From Nageia nagi (taxonomy: Eukaryota; Plantae; Pinophyta), in the NCBI GenBank assembly GCA_050084985.1, contig JBITNC010000002.1, positions 28,458,001-28,522,000 on the forward strand: a stretch of DNA of 64,000 bases. Reading direction: 5' to 3'. The notes beneath the pieces are model-generated. The model ran no database searches. It had not been told where the DNA came from and saw only the letters and a program-made list of their open reading frames with translations. Made by a program: the position numbers and the translations under genes. This document shows positions 26,280-37,802 of the stretch, piece by piece (within the stretch, counting starts at the first letter, position 1; each line of letters begins with the position of its first letter).

Positions 26280-28731
26280 CATGTTTTCATTAATTTTATT
26301 GATTTAAAAACATAAATTCATTTTTATGTGTTAAAATTTTGCATGAAGGGGCTGAAGGGATTGATAGCTGCTCATTCACCAAAAATGCACTAGAGAGGGC
26401 CAAATTCAAAGCTAAGAATGATGATGCACAAAGGCAGAAAGAACAAAGAAGCAAGATTGGCCATGATGGAAATACTCGCTTAGCTACTAATAGTGAGCCA
26501 AGGATTGTACATGAGGCAAGGAAGAGCAAGGTTGCACTTAAAGATAACATATCCACCATTGATTCACAAAGCAAAGACATCAGATTAGTGAGAATGTTCA
26601 GCAGCCAAGAGGGAGAAGAAGCAGAGACTAGAGTTGCAAGGGCCATCTATGCTTGTGGCATTATATTAAATGTGGTTCGGTCCCCTTGCTGGGAGGATAT
26701 GGTGAGGGCAATTACCACAACACCTCGAAGTTTTAAAGGGCAAAATTATGAAAAAGTCAAAACTACTTTGTTCAACAAAGAGAAGAGTCTTCTTGAATAT
26801 GTTTTAAAACCCATTCGAAACTTATGGAGCAGCTCAGGAGTGTCTATTATTTCTGATGATTGGACTGATACAAGACAAGCCTTTGGTTAATATCATTGCA
26901 TCATCACTTCAGTAGCAATGTTTTTGAAAGCTGAAGATTGTTCAAGGGAGGTAAAAGATTCTAATTTTATTGATGAAATTTTAATATTTGCCATTGAGCA
27001 AGTAGGCCCAAGTAAAGTTGTGCAAGTTATCATTGATAATGCACCTGTTTGCAAAATTGTTGGTTTGATTGTTGAAAGTAGATATAACCATATTTTTTGG
27101 ACTCCATGCATCGTTCATAATTTAAATTTGATTTTAGAAGAGATTGAGGCTAAAATTGAATGGATTAAGGAGATCATAGGGCAATCAAGGAGATAATTAA
27201 ATTCATAACCAACCATCACTTGTCTCAAGCAATATTTTAAGAATACTCCAAATTGGAGTTGCTCAAAGTTGTTGAGACAAGATATGTCTCAAACTTCATC
27301 ATGTTGAGGCGGTTTGTTCAGTTGAAATCAGCATTGATGAGTATGGTGGTGGGTGCTACTTGGGCTCAGTGGAGACAATCAAATTCAGAACGGGGAGCTA
27401 TGGTGCGAAGAACCTTGATTGATGAGGATTTGTGGATGAAGATAGATTTCATGATCAAGTTCACATCACTTTTCTTTGAGCTTCTTCGAGAAGCAGACAC
27501 AAAGAGACCTTTCTTGGGAGAGGTTTATGATCGCATGGATACCATGCTTGAGAAAACCGTGGACATTATTGCATAGGAGGCTTGTACTCTTTATTTTGTT
27601 GATATTGATTATGCAGAGCAGGTGAGGACCATCATGGTTACAAGGTAGAATGGATTTAACATGCCATTGCATTGTTTGGCACATGCTCTAATGCCAAGAT
27701 TTTATGATGAACTCATTGCTCAAAGCAATGGGAACAAGAAGGCCCCACACAAGGACAAGGAGTTGGCAAATGAAGTGAAGAAGGCTTTCCTTAGGTTGTT
27801 TCCAGCTAAATACAAACTGAAGTGAGGGAAGAATTTTCTTGTTTTGATGTTGGTTTGGAGGATTTTACAGACATATGATCTTTGGCTGAGAGGAGGACCA
27901 TGAACCCAATTAAATGGTGGACTTGTCATGAGGCAAGTGCAACATATTTGCAAAACATCGCCACTTGTATTCTATCACAAGTGGCAAGTTCTTCATCAGC
28001 TGAAAGGAATTGAAACACCTATGGTTGGATTTATTCTGTGAAGAGGAACAGGTATCTAAAAATTTACTTGAAAGTTGGATTTTAATTTTTTAAGTTTGTA
28101 TAACAATAAATTTTAATTTGAAGCCACTGATATTAAAATTCATATGGAAGATGACTGAAATGTAACTATTATTACATGTATTGAAATAGGTTGGGATCAT
28201 AGAAGGCTAGGGATCTTGTGTATGTGGACAACAACCTACGTCTTGTGTCTCGTAGGGGTGAAGAATATACAAGTGGGCCTCATACAAATTGGGATGTGGA
28301 TCCAAAGAACCCAGACTTAGATCTCTCTCTTGGTGCTCTTGACATCGGTGATACTAGTAGTGCAATTGCAAGCGGAAGAGGAGCTGCCTCTTCTTCCACT
28401 GCATGCACAGGATCTACTGAACAAGCATCTTGTTCAATTTTTGATGATGAGGATGATTGATTATCATAATATGTAATTCTGATCAGACTATTTTTAGTTC
28501 TGATTTTTTTCATTCCCAGCTCTGTTCTGTCTTTAGGACTGTTTTGTTTCATGTGCAGCAGGACCAGCCATGTATAAAGGCTAATTTTGGATCATGTAAT
28601 CATCTATGGGAGTTAATATAAACATGGTTATGCTTCTAAAATATTGTTTATGTCTATCATTCATATATATATATATACACGCATACCTGTTTCCGAAACT
28701 CGTAAATGTTTCCATGTTTCGTGAAACTTAG
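26280..28731 (+). mobile_element. hAT DNA transposon (DUF659-type transposase pseudogene), 5' end missing
   Basis: GVSIISDDWTD, VVQVIIDNA, FWTPCIVHNLNL, ETRYVS, dimerisation motif ILSQVASSSSAERN, intron about 28052-28189, end ...GAAACTTAG. Confidence 0.88.
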
Positions 28732-28956
28732 AGTTGAAGCAATAAACTAGGGCAAAATTTATAAATCTGAAATTGTAAAGAATAATTCATACTTTTTCCT
28801 AGTTTGGGTCATTACACATGAGAATACTTACATATATCAATAGATTTTCTTTACAATTTTTAAATGTCGTATGTCCATAATAGCCATTATTAATAACAAG
28901 GAAAAGTTTCCCTCTTAAAGAATTGAAAACATTTAAAATAAAAAGGTTTGATTTAC

Positions 28957-29073
28957 CTCAGGGAGGACATCATAACAAATATCTTTGCATGTTTGTAACT
29001 GGCAATTTTCTTCACAACGGGTGACATGTACTAATGAGGCTACAAGCATGCCAATTGCTAGTCCTACTATAAC
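28957..29073 (-). CDS. Host NCS2/NAT permease, second visible exon: VIVGLAIGMLVASLVHVTRCEENCQLQTCKDICYDVLPE
   Basis: CAG acceptor, GTAAAT donor, 117 nt phase 0/0; VIVGLAIGMLVAS matches the UapA TM segment VVIGLLVGCIVAA, directly after the RNTQ of the previous exon. Confidence 0.88.
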
Positions 29074-32000
29074 CTGTGTTCAAGTAACAAAATACAAAGC
29101 ATTATCTACATAGTCATCATGTTTTGAAAAAACATGCAACCACTTGACTCATATTCTCAAATCTATTATCTCCACAACTTATATAATTTAAGATTTAGCA
29201 ATCCTTCAATAAGTACCTTATTAAATATAGGACTTGTAGTGATCAACACAAGCATAGATTACCTAGTTTGTTATGTATGGTGATAATAGAAGTGATTTCC
29301 AGAGTCAGAATTATCACCTTGAAATTTATAAATCATAAAGGGGACATGCATATTCCACTAATGATTTAGAACCACTTAACACATCATTGTTAAACAGATC
29401 AATCACTTGAAGCACGTTTCATATTGGTCAGAAATATTAGAATGGTACAAATTTGCTTATGAATAACGTAATTGGGAGTATATGCCAAACACAATTCATA
29501 TACTTGCAAATGAATGCAGTGACCTTTTCCTTTGTCATGTAATGAAAGAATAAACAAAAAACAAAAACTCTCCATATTCTGAGTTTTGTCAAATTGATGA
29601 AATCCATAATGTTGAAATTAAACAAATCAGTTTTACAGGAATTCTGATTGGATTTCTTGCAAATACGGAGTTTGAAAAGTAAAAAGCTATGAAAGCCAAA
29701 GTATCAAAACCAATAATGTCCACATTTCATACAATTCCCAAATACCAGTAATGAACTGTATAATGGAGACCAACTAAATAAACAACAATTCCAACTAATA
29801 TTTGAAAATAATTCAGTTATTCTGTGTCAAAGGCTCAACTGAGAGCTGGGAGCATCCGTCAGCTCTCATCCGTCTGAATAAGATGAGATCATCTCTAGTC
29901 CCTTTTTGCTATCTATGTAATGTGAAATCATAAAGTTTAGATTGTTGAAAAGAAAAATATAGCTCCTTTTTGGTTGCTTTCGTTTTTTTGTTTATCAGTA
30001 TTCTAGTCTCTTGAATCCATTGATGCTGAAAGAAATGTGCATTTTCTTTTGTGGTTGTGTTTCGCATTCCATCCTAAATCTAAATTTTAGATCTTGCAGC
30101 TTTTTGAAAAGGTTTATGTTTTCCTTTTATTAATGAGTTTATTATTTTTTAGGAATTTTCATAGCAACAACGCATTTAGGAATTTTCATTTCAGATGTTA
30201 AGAGATGTTTATTATTTTTTAGTTTTTGTTATAGTTAGAATGAAGGATCAAGGTTATAAAGAGGTTGGAGGGGTCTGTTGGATACCCTTCCCAACACCTG
30301 TCCTACTACACTTTCGCTTTTTTTTTCAAGTACTTTCGTTGGAGACAACCAAATGTCCTTAGTATAGTAAGAAATAGTCATTCTAGGGATGCCCAAGCAT
30401 CTCCAAAAACATTCTTGTTTTAGGGGATGGTTTCCTAGTGTACCCAGGATGGCCTGCCCAAAAGACCGGCATCTTGGATACAAGGGCCATTCCCATATGG
30501 CCAAAACTCAAGTAGGATGAGATGGTCCATAGGAGAATAAGGAATTTGAGAATGCATCCCCATGTAACTATGGTTCAAACTTCAAACATAGCAAAATTAT
30601 AGATTCTAAGTTCATGAAACTTTATGCCTCACTCACTCATTATGGCATCATATTCCTACTTATGCTTGGCTAGTTGCTTGCTAAATGCTTTTGCCTTCTT
30701 GGCTGCCCCACTCATCTTAATAATTAACTCTTGGGTTCTATACTCTCTATTGAAGTTGTCTTACCTGTTTTCTATTTTCATTTAAAATGATAATCCATCA
30801 TTTTCAAAATTTTCCATACATTAATTTCATGCCTTCAGCCTATTTTTCACGTCCACAACATATTGTCTAAACTTATTTCGTGTATTTTCACTTTTTTAGT
30901 AACATATAATTATATTATTCTTTATTTGGAAGTACTTAATATTATAAGAAACTGCTTGAATAACTAGATGTTGATTGCTATCTGCTGCATATTGTTGTAT
31001 GTAATGAGCCGGACAAGGGCTCATCTGAAGATGCACAATTCTTCTTCATAAAATTATCACAAAACTCCAAATAGAAAAAACAAATTGTTCCAAGCCCAAT
31101 TTGATGATCAAAGAATCTACTTAGGAACTAGTCGGTCCCCCTAAGGGTGTAGATAGCCTATTGGGAGAGAAGCCAAACCTCTGAAGTGTTTCGGTAACTT
31201 TAACAAATCAACATCGATGATAACCCTAGGCAGCTAGGTCGATCAAGGAAGCCAAGACCATCGTCGAGAGACAACAAAATGGGAAAGTACCCCAACATTT
31301 AGATGAGACAGCATTACCTATCCCCACTTGATAGGACTCCTACCCCAAGGTTTATGTACGAATGTGCAAGGTTCTTTGATAAATCTTTGGGAATGGTTCA
31401 GATGGGAGATGGTAGTCGTTAACCTGTGTTTTAAGGATTTTGGAGTTTGTTTTCTAGTTTAGAATGTCATCTTCACTTCATTGGGATTCGTTGCTATTTA
31501 GATCATTCCAGGGTTTTGCAGCGGTAGAAGGATAAAACTCTAGTTTTAGAAGAAATTGAAAATTAAAGAAAAGTCAAAAGGAGAATAGAACAGAAACAAG
31601 TTTCAGAGGAACAAGAAGAAATTCAACACGAGTGAAGCATTGTCTAAATCATTTACTTTTTGGTTTTGTTTAGAGTCTTTCATTCATTAATCAAATTTCT
31701 AAGCAAGCAACCTTTTTTCGAGTCACCACATGAAGGATGAAGATGTAAAAGAGATGCAAACATCATGCAATTTGAATTAAAGATTTCTATTAAACATCAT
31801 AGAAAATAAACATGTTCAGAGTACAATCACTTTGCATGAAAGATATGAAACAAAAAGCAATATAAACACTTATCTGATATTCAACTAGCTTCTCTAAAAC
31901 TCACAGTTTTCAAAAGAATCCACACAAATATTTACATCACATCATGCAATGAAACAGATTTCATTCATGACATTCATATCCCCAAAGATGACATATCCTC

Positions 32001-32702
32001 CTTTGCATTACTTTCACAAAGCTTCCTCCTCTTTGCTCCTCTATCCTATCTATTCTATTCTATTCTGGTCCATTCCATCCTATTTATAAAATGAGCAATA
32101 AAGGGTATTTATTGTTTTTCAAGGCACAACTGCCTAATGTTTCTCTAATGCAAGTGAAATAAAATGGAAATTGTACCGAAATTACATTTTGCTTCTATGA
32201 GCCAAAACTATTCCTCACAAGAAATAAACTAAGTAAATATCATTGTTTTAAAAAGTGTTTTAAAACAAGTAATGTTTGAAACTGAATTTTTTGCCTGCTT
32301 CATTTGATCTTCATGCCTTGGTGTGAGTAATAATCTTTCCTTTGAATATTCTTTCACAAAAGCACCTTGAGCCTTTTATGTCATAATGGAGAACCACCAT
32401 GGGATTGTTCAAAGCCTTGGATATTTCTTTCATTTAACCGCTTCTGCTAAGACTCGACCCTAGAATATTGACAAATTTGTCGATCTAGTTTTTGAGCTCT
32501 TCTTAAGATCGTATCTCCATCTCTTGTAATTCCACCATCTTTGAAGAAGTCCCTTAAGTTCAATTTTGTCATTTGGCACATAGACTTTTTGCTTTAGAGT
32601 TTCTACCGCCTTGAGAGCTTTTGTTCTAGAAGAACTCATCCTTTATTTGAAAGAATTCATGTTGCAATAGACAAGCAAGATTAGTTTGATCATGGTTCGA
32701 GT

Positions 32703-33192
32703 AAATGACCATCACTTCAATAAATCTCAATGACTGGATGACCCTTCCTAAGTTTCACAATGTTTGGGTGGGGTAAGATTTTAAGACTTTAAACAAGTGC
32801 GAATTGGGGCATAGATAGGAAAATTCTCACACCAAAAGATAAGTTACCTTTTTAAGACCCAGAAATGGTGTGAACAACTGTAAGATCTCCTTGAGATGTG
32901 ACCTATTTGTTTGAACTTATAAGAGCCTCAAATGATGCAATTAGAGGAAATGACCATCACTTCGATAAATCTCAATGATTGGATGACCCTTCCTAAGTTT
33001 CACAATGTTTGGGTGGGGTAAGATTTTAAGACTTTAAACAAGTGCGAATTGGGGCATAGATAGGAAAATTCTCACACCAAAAGATAAGTTACCTTTTTAA
33101 GACCCGGAAGTGGTGTGAACAACTGTAAGATCTCCTTGAGATGTGACCTATTTGTTTGAACTTGTAAGAGCCTCAAATGATGCAATTAGAGG
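32703..33192. repeat. Tandem duplication, 2 x 245 bp
   Basis: AAATGACCATCACTTC at 32703 and 32948; near-identical copies. Confidence 0.95.
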
Positions 33193-33924
33193 AAAATTAC
33201 CTAAAAAACTCTTACATTTGTAAGGCATCAAAATGTTTCAACTTGAGATCGGAGGTTAAGTGTTTTCGCATTTGGAAAAATCTTAAGTTTTTATGGCACA
33301 AAAATGGTGCGAAATGGGTAAGGATAATTTTGATCTTTCACACCAGAAGAAGAGAATTTCATTTTCACACCAACAAGAGGGATAAAAATTTTAAGACTAT
33401 TTTCTGTGCGACTGTGAATGAGTGTTTTAAGCCTCGAAAATGGTGTGACTAGATATGGAGATGGCGAAATGATTTTTGCAACAAAAAAAGTTTTACAATC
33501 TTAAGAGAGTGAAATGGCGAAGAGGCCTTTGTGCTTTTTACACCAAATTTGAATCTTACAGTTTTAATCCTTGAAAATGGAGCAAACTGTTGTAAGAGGC
33601 ACAAATGATGCGAATTTTTAAGACCTTCTGGAGCTGTGATTGGGAGAGACCAGAAGGATTACGCGAAAATAGGAGCTTGGATGAATATTTATAGGTTCTT
33701 TCTCCTCTTGGGACACATGTCAGCTTCTCATTGGTTGTCAAGTCAGCCCTTTTAATCTTCAAAACTAGTGCGCCCAAGGTGAATTTGCACTTGTTCCATG
33801 TCTTAATTTTTAAGCCTTCAAAAAAGTGTGACTAGGTCCATTTTCGTACTTAAAAAAATTTTAAAGTTTTAAGCCCTCGAAATGATGCAACTTAATGCAA
33901 TTCGCACCAAAACCGACTTTACCT

Positions 33925-34345
33925 TTTTAAGACCCTCTAGAGGTGCGAACTAAGCTTTTTGAGCATTTTAAGACCCTCTTAAGGTGCAAGTAAGTTTTTT
34001 GGGCATTTTAGGACCCTTTAGAGCTGCGACCAAGCTTATGTGCATTATAAGACCTTATAGAGGTGCGACTACGCTTTTTGGGCATTTCAATACTCTCAAG
34101 AGGTACGACTAAGCTTTTTGGGCATTTTAAGATCCTTTAGAGGTGTGACTAAGATTTTTAAGCATTTTAAGACCCTCTAGAGCTGCAACTAAGTTTTTCG
34201 AGCATTTTAAGATCCTCTAGAGGTGCGACTAAGCTTTTTGGGCATTTTCACACCCTCTAATGGTGTGACTTTGTTCTTTCAGCTTGTTAAGAGCCCATAA
34301 TGGTACGAATTAGCCTTTTAGGCTTGTAAGACACTGAAATGGTGC
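33925..34345. repeat. Minisatellite, ~40-bp unit (TAAGACCCTCTAGAGGTGCGACTAAGCTTTTTGGGCATTT), about 10 copies
   Basis: Directly visible periodic repeat with degenerate copies. Confidence 0.9.
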
Positions 34346-37172
34346 GAATTTTCCTCTTGACCCTTACAAATCCCCATCATGGTCCAAATTTGCTCCTTCA
34401 CTCTTCAAAAACAGCTCTTGGCTTGGATCTTGACACCTTTTTCTATCTTTCAAGTGTCCATTCCCCTAGAGGCATCAAAAATACCTCATCTCGTCCCTTC
34501 CAAACAATTCTCTTTGTTGCCCTAAAAAAAATTGAGGCCTCCAAAATTTGAAATTTTGGGGTATGTTTTGCGCGCACAACAAACCCTCCACACTCCACAT
34601 GTTGCACCAAATGATGCCTTTAGGACACCCAGCTCCACTGACAACTCTATAGATCTCTTCCTTCTTCTCCTTCAGCAATAGTATCATAGGCACAACCCTT
34701 AAGGACTAACAAGATCTCTACCTAATGCAAAGAGCACCTACATGCGCTCTCTCAAATAGACCCAAGATGACCCTTCCCTCACCGCTTTCCTTAGGGTTTG
34801 GATCACTTTTGTATGGATCTATGTAATGTACCTTTCTAGGGTTTATCCAATTAACTACTTGATCATGCATTCATTCGCAAATTAGGGCATCATAGTAAAT
34901 GTTCATTAACCATCCAAACATGTGCTCAAAATTGAAATATAACGACAGTAGCCAAATCTGATATAAATCTCATATAACATGCGAATATGACCAATCTAGG
35001 GCACAATTTCAGATCTATAACATAACAAAAATATATAGGAACATTCATTCACATTCAAGACGCAATACAAGAACCAAGATCATAAATAATCAACCAAGAA
35101 TAAGTATAGGGTTGTAACAAGACTGTAACAAGTTCTAGGGTAAAGCCTAAGACTCAAAGATGCTCAATCTAGACTCCTCAAGGCTGGCGCAAATCCCAAG
35201 GAGGATCCCAAGCTTGGCACAAGTCCCAAGATGGTTCCCAATGGTTGGCGCAAGCTTACAAATGGCAAAGATGGATGGCGCAAGTTTTCCAAGTGATGTA
35301 GAAGCGTAGAAGAGCCACTTCTAGGCTAAGGAGCAACCTTAAGCCCTACAAGGTAGAGAAAGGAAGCATCCCCAAACTCTGAATGATCCAATATCAAATG
35401 CACAAGATGATCCTTCAAGTGGCCATAATCCATGCTTATATAGGTCTCCAAACTTGCAAATATGTCCCCCAACAGGCAGCTGACTAGGAGGGGAGTAATA
35501 ATAAAACATTAAATAACTCCCAACCTTCCTAACATGGCCAACTTGGTGCAAGGGTGATAGTTTATCATAATGGCCTATTTAATTGGCCCAAATAAATATA
35601 TAATTTGCCCTTATTGAGCGTTGCCTTTGAGGCACAAGTGTAAATATGATAAATAAATAATTTGACAAGTAAAACACTCCTAATCTAAATAATAAAATCC
35701 ACAATGAATAGGCATGGGGGGTGACTTCTAGATGTTTCAAATTGGGGACATTAGAAGTCCTCCCTCCTCAAATTGCTTGCCCCCACGCAATTTCAAACGC
35801 ATTCCAAAGTGGCACTTGTTTTCTTGCATAGCCTTCAAGTGTACCAAGCCACCCAAGTGTCCCAAGTGGTGCTTGATTCCATGACTGACCTCTAAATATG
35901 CTTGCAAATGGTCCAAGTAATCCTCATAACAATCCCTTGGCATTATCAAGAAAATACAATCATGGAGGCAGCTATCCCAAGGTGAAGAAGCAAAAAATGT
36001 TGATGATGCATGTTTTTTCAACCTCCAACTGTGTGCCTTGCTTCCAAACTGATCCCAATGCCTTGTTGTCCCAAGAATGTGGAAAATCACAAATGATAAG
36101 GTGATGGTCTGACTTATTTCCAAATGCTCTCTCTTCATTGGATCTTGTTGTCATGTCTCTTGTGCTAATTGTACTGAACTTGGTAGGGATGTTCCCAATC
36201 AAAACAAGGTATAAATCAGTCAATAGGGGACTGATTTTTGAGTCCACAAACTGTGTCTTCTTATCAGCAATCTTTAACTCAAATTCTTCAAAAGTTTCCC
36301 AAACTGAACTGTATTTGTTTGTGCCTAAATCATGGGGAAGTAATACATTTAATGTCCATAAACCTTTGATGTATACCTTGATTTCCAATGCTATGAGGTT
36401 GTAGTGACATGTTGTGCTCCCTTTTAAACAATGCACTTGGCTGCCCCAATCTTGGGTGCATATCAACCACAAATATGTCTCTTACTTTTGCAATCGAAAG
36501 TGAAGGAATGAAAGAGGGTGTATAGTCGTTATAAGGATGCAAAGGGCTGTCATACCTTCTTGGAAATATCATACCTTGCTGTTCAACATCTGAGTGTAGG
36601 GAAAGAGACTAGTTTGCTTCTTTGAGTATGCCTTTTCCTTGCCACTCCTCCTTTCTAGTCTTTGTATGAAGCAAGCTTTTGATACCATGCTCCAACCACC
36701 TATATCCAAGCTTCATTGTGGCCCAAGGAGGTGATGCAAAATGGTATACTGCTTTCAAACTCCGGAGCACTGTAGTGGTTCTTGTGAGTGATAGAGGGGT
36801 TGAGTTTTTTCCCCAATGTGTGCCTTTGGCCTTCATTAACACTGCTGCAAATTTTATGAATGCTGATGTCCCATCTAGTGGCAATAAGCTTCATTTGTTT
36901 GCCTCCAACTTGAAGTGGAGACCAAAGTGATGTAACCATACTATTACAAAAATCAGAACTGATCCTGAACTTTATCAATACTGAGTTTATTGTTGTTGGC
37001 ACTGTTATACCCCCCTTGAAAAGGTGTCATGGCTGATTGGAGTCCTTTTCAATCTATTAACAGTTGTCAAAGGGTGTGTGGCATTGATGTCTCTCAAAGT
37101 GATGATGGTGTGGTTTCCAAAGATTAATTCAGGGTCTCTAATTGTCCACTTGCACCTAGTTGAGTATCCCTT

Positions 37173-37802
37173 AACTTTGAAAACATGTTTGGCGGTTTTA
37201 CCAAGAGAACGGTATGGTCCCCTTGTACCCTCTCTAAGAATGATAGGTGAAACCATGCAACACTAATGACATACATGCATACAGGAAAAATCACTCAAAT
37301 AAAATAACCTTTCCAAAAGATTGGTTGTCGCCCCATGGGCTACCATACAATCTTGTTCAATATTTCCAAAATTTATACCTCCATACTCTCTTCTATCATT
37401 AATTGCCATTAAAACCTGATCAACCCTTCCCTTATCGGTATCCACCTTTTCAATTAAAACATCACCGCTACCAAAGTCTGAAGTAATGTGAGGCAGACCA
37501 TCAAATTTTCCTGTTTTGTGCTTTCCTCGATTTGACTTTCCAAAACCTTTGGATGAATCTTTAGGGTCATGGTCATTATAGTTGGTCTCCCATGTGAATG
37601 TATGGAAATGCATGGTTTGAAATAGTCCATGATTTACTGAAGCTTGATTTATAATCGAAGAGTCTTCTTGGTTGTACCCATGGTGATCATTGACAACAAT
37701 AATAGCACTTTGATCATTATAGTGCTTTGCCCTTTTGAGGCATTCATGAGACATAGTCTTAAACAGAGGTTTTTGAGGATAAAATAATAGGTGCGAAGCG
37801 GT
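37173..37802 (-). pseudogene. NRPD2: Captured, intronless, internally deleted fragment of RNA polymerase IV/V second-largest subunit
   Basis: LLFYPQKPLFKT..ECL, HHGYNQEDS, GLPHI...GSGDVLI, KGRVDQVL, YGGINFGNIEQDCMVAHGATTNLLERLFYLSDFSCMHVC, RGPY...HVFKV; diagnostic residues fit NRPD2/E2 rather than RPB2. Confidence 0.88.

Larger units (their letters stand above)
16748..28816. mobile_element. Outer LTR-like element hosting nested insertions (visible parts 16748-17640 and about 28732-28816)
   Basis: Perfect 14-bp terminal inverted repeat TGTAATGACCCAAA / TTTGGGTCATTACA; flanks AACGA/CATGA match only 3 of 5. Confidence 0.55.
30993..34581. repeat. Large LTR-like repeat (possible solo LTR)
   Basis: TGTTGT...ACAACA ends and homology to 14600-16130; no TSD found. 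Confidence 0.5.

Noticed and set aside
30160-30572. hAT-type MITE (CATAG...CTATG); similar ends near 8990 and 43960
   Set aside because: The TIR is short and degenerate and there is no 8-bp TSD.
33925-34345. CRISPR-like array
   Set aside because: Units are contiguous with no unique spacers, the context is eukaryotic, and there are no cas genes; it is a minisatellite.
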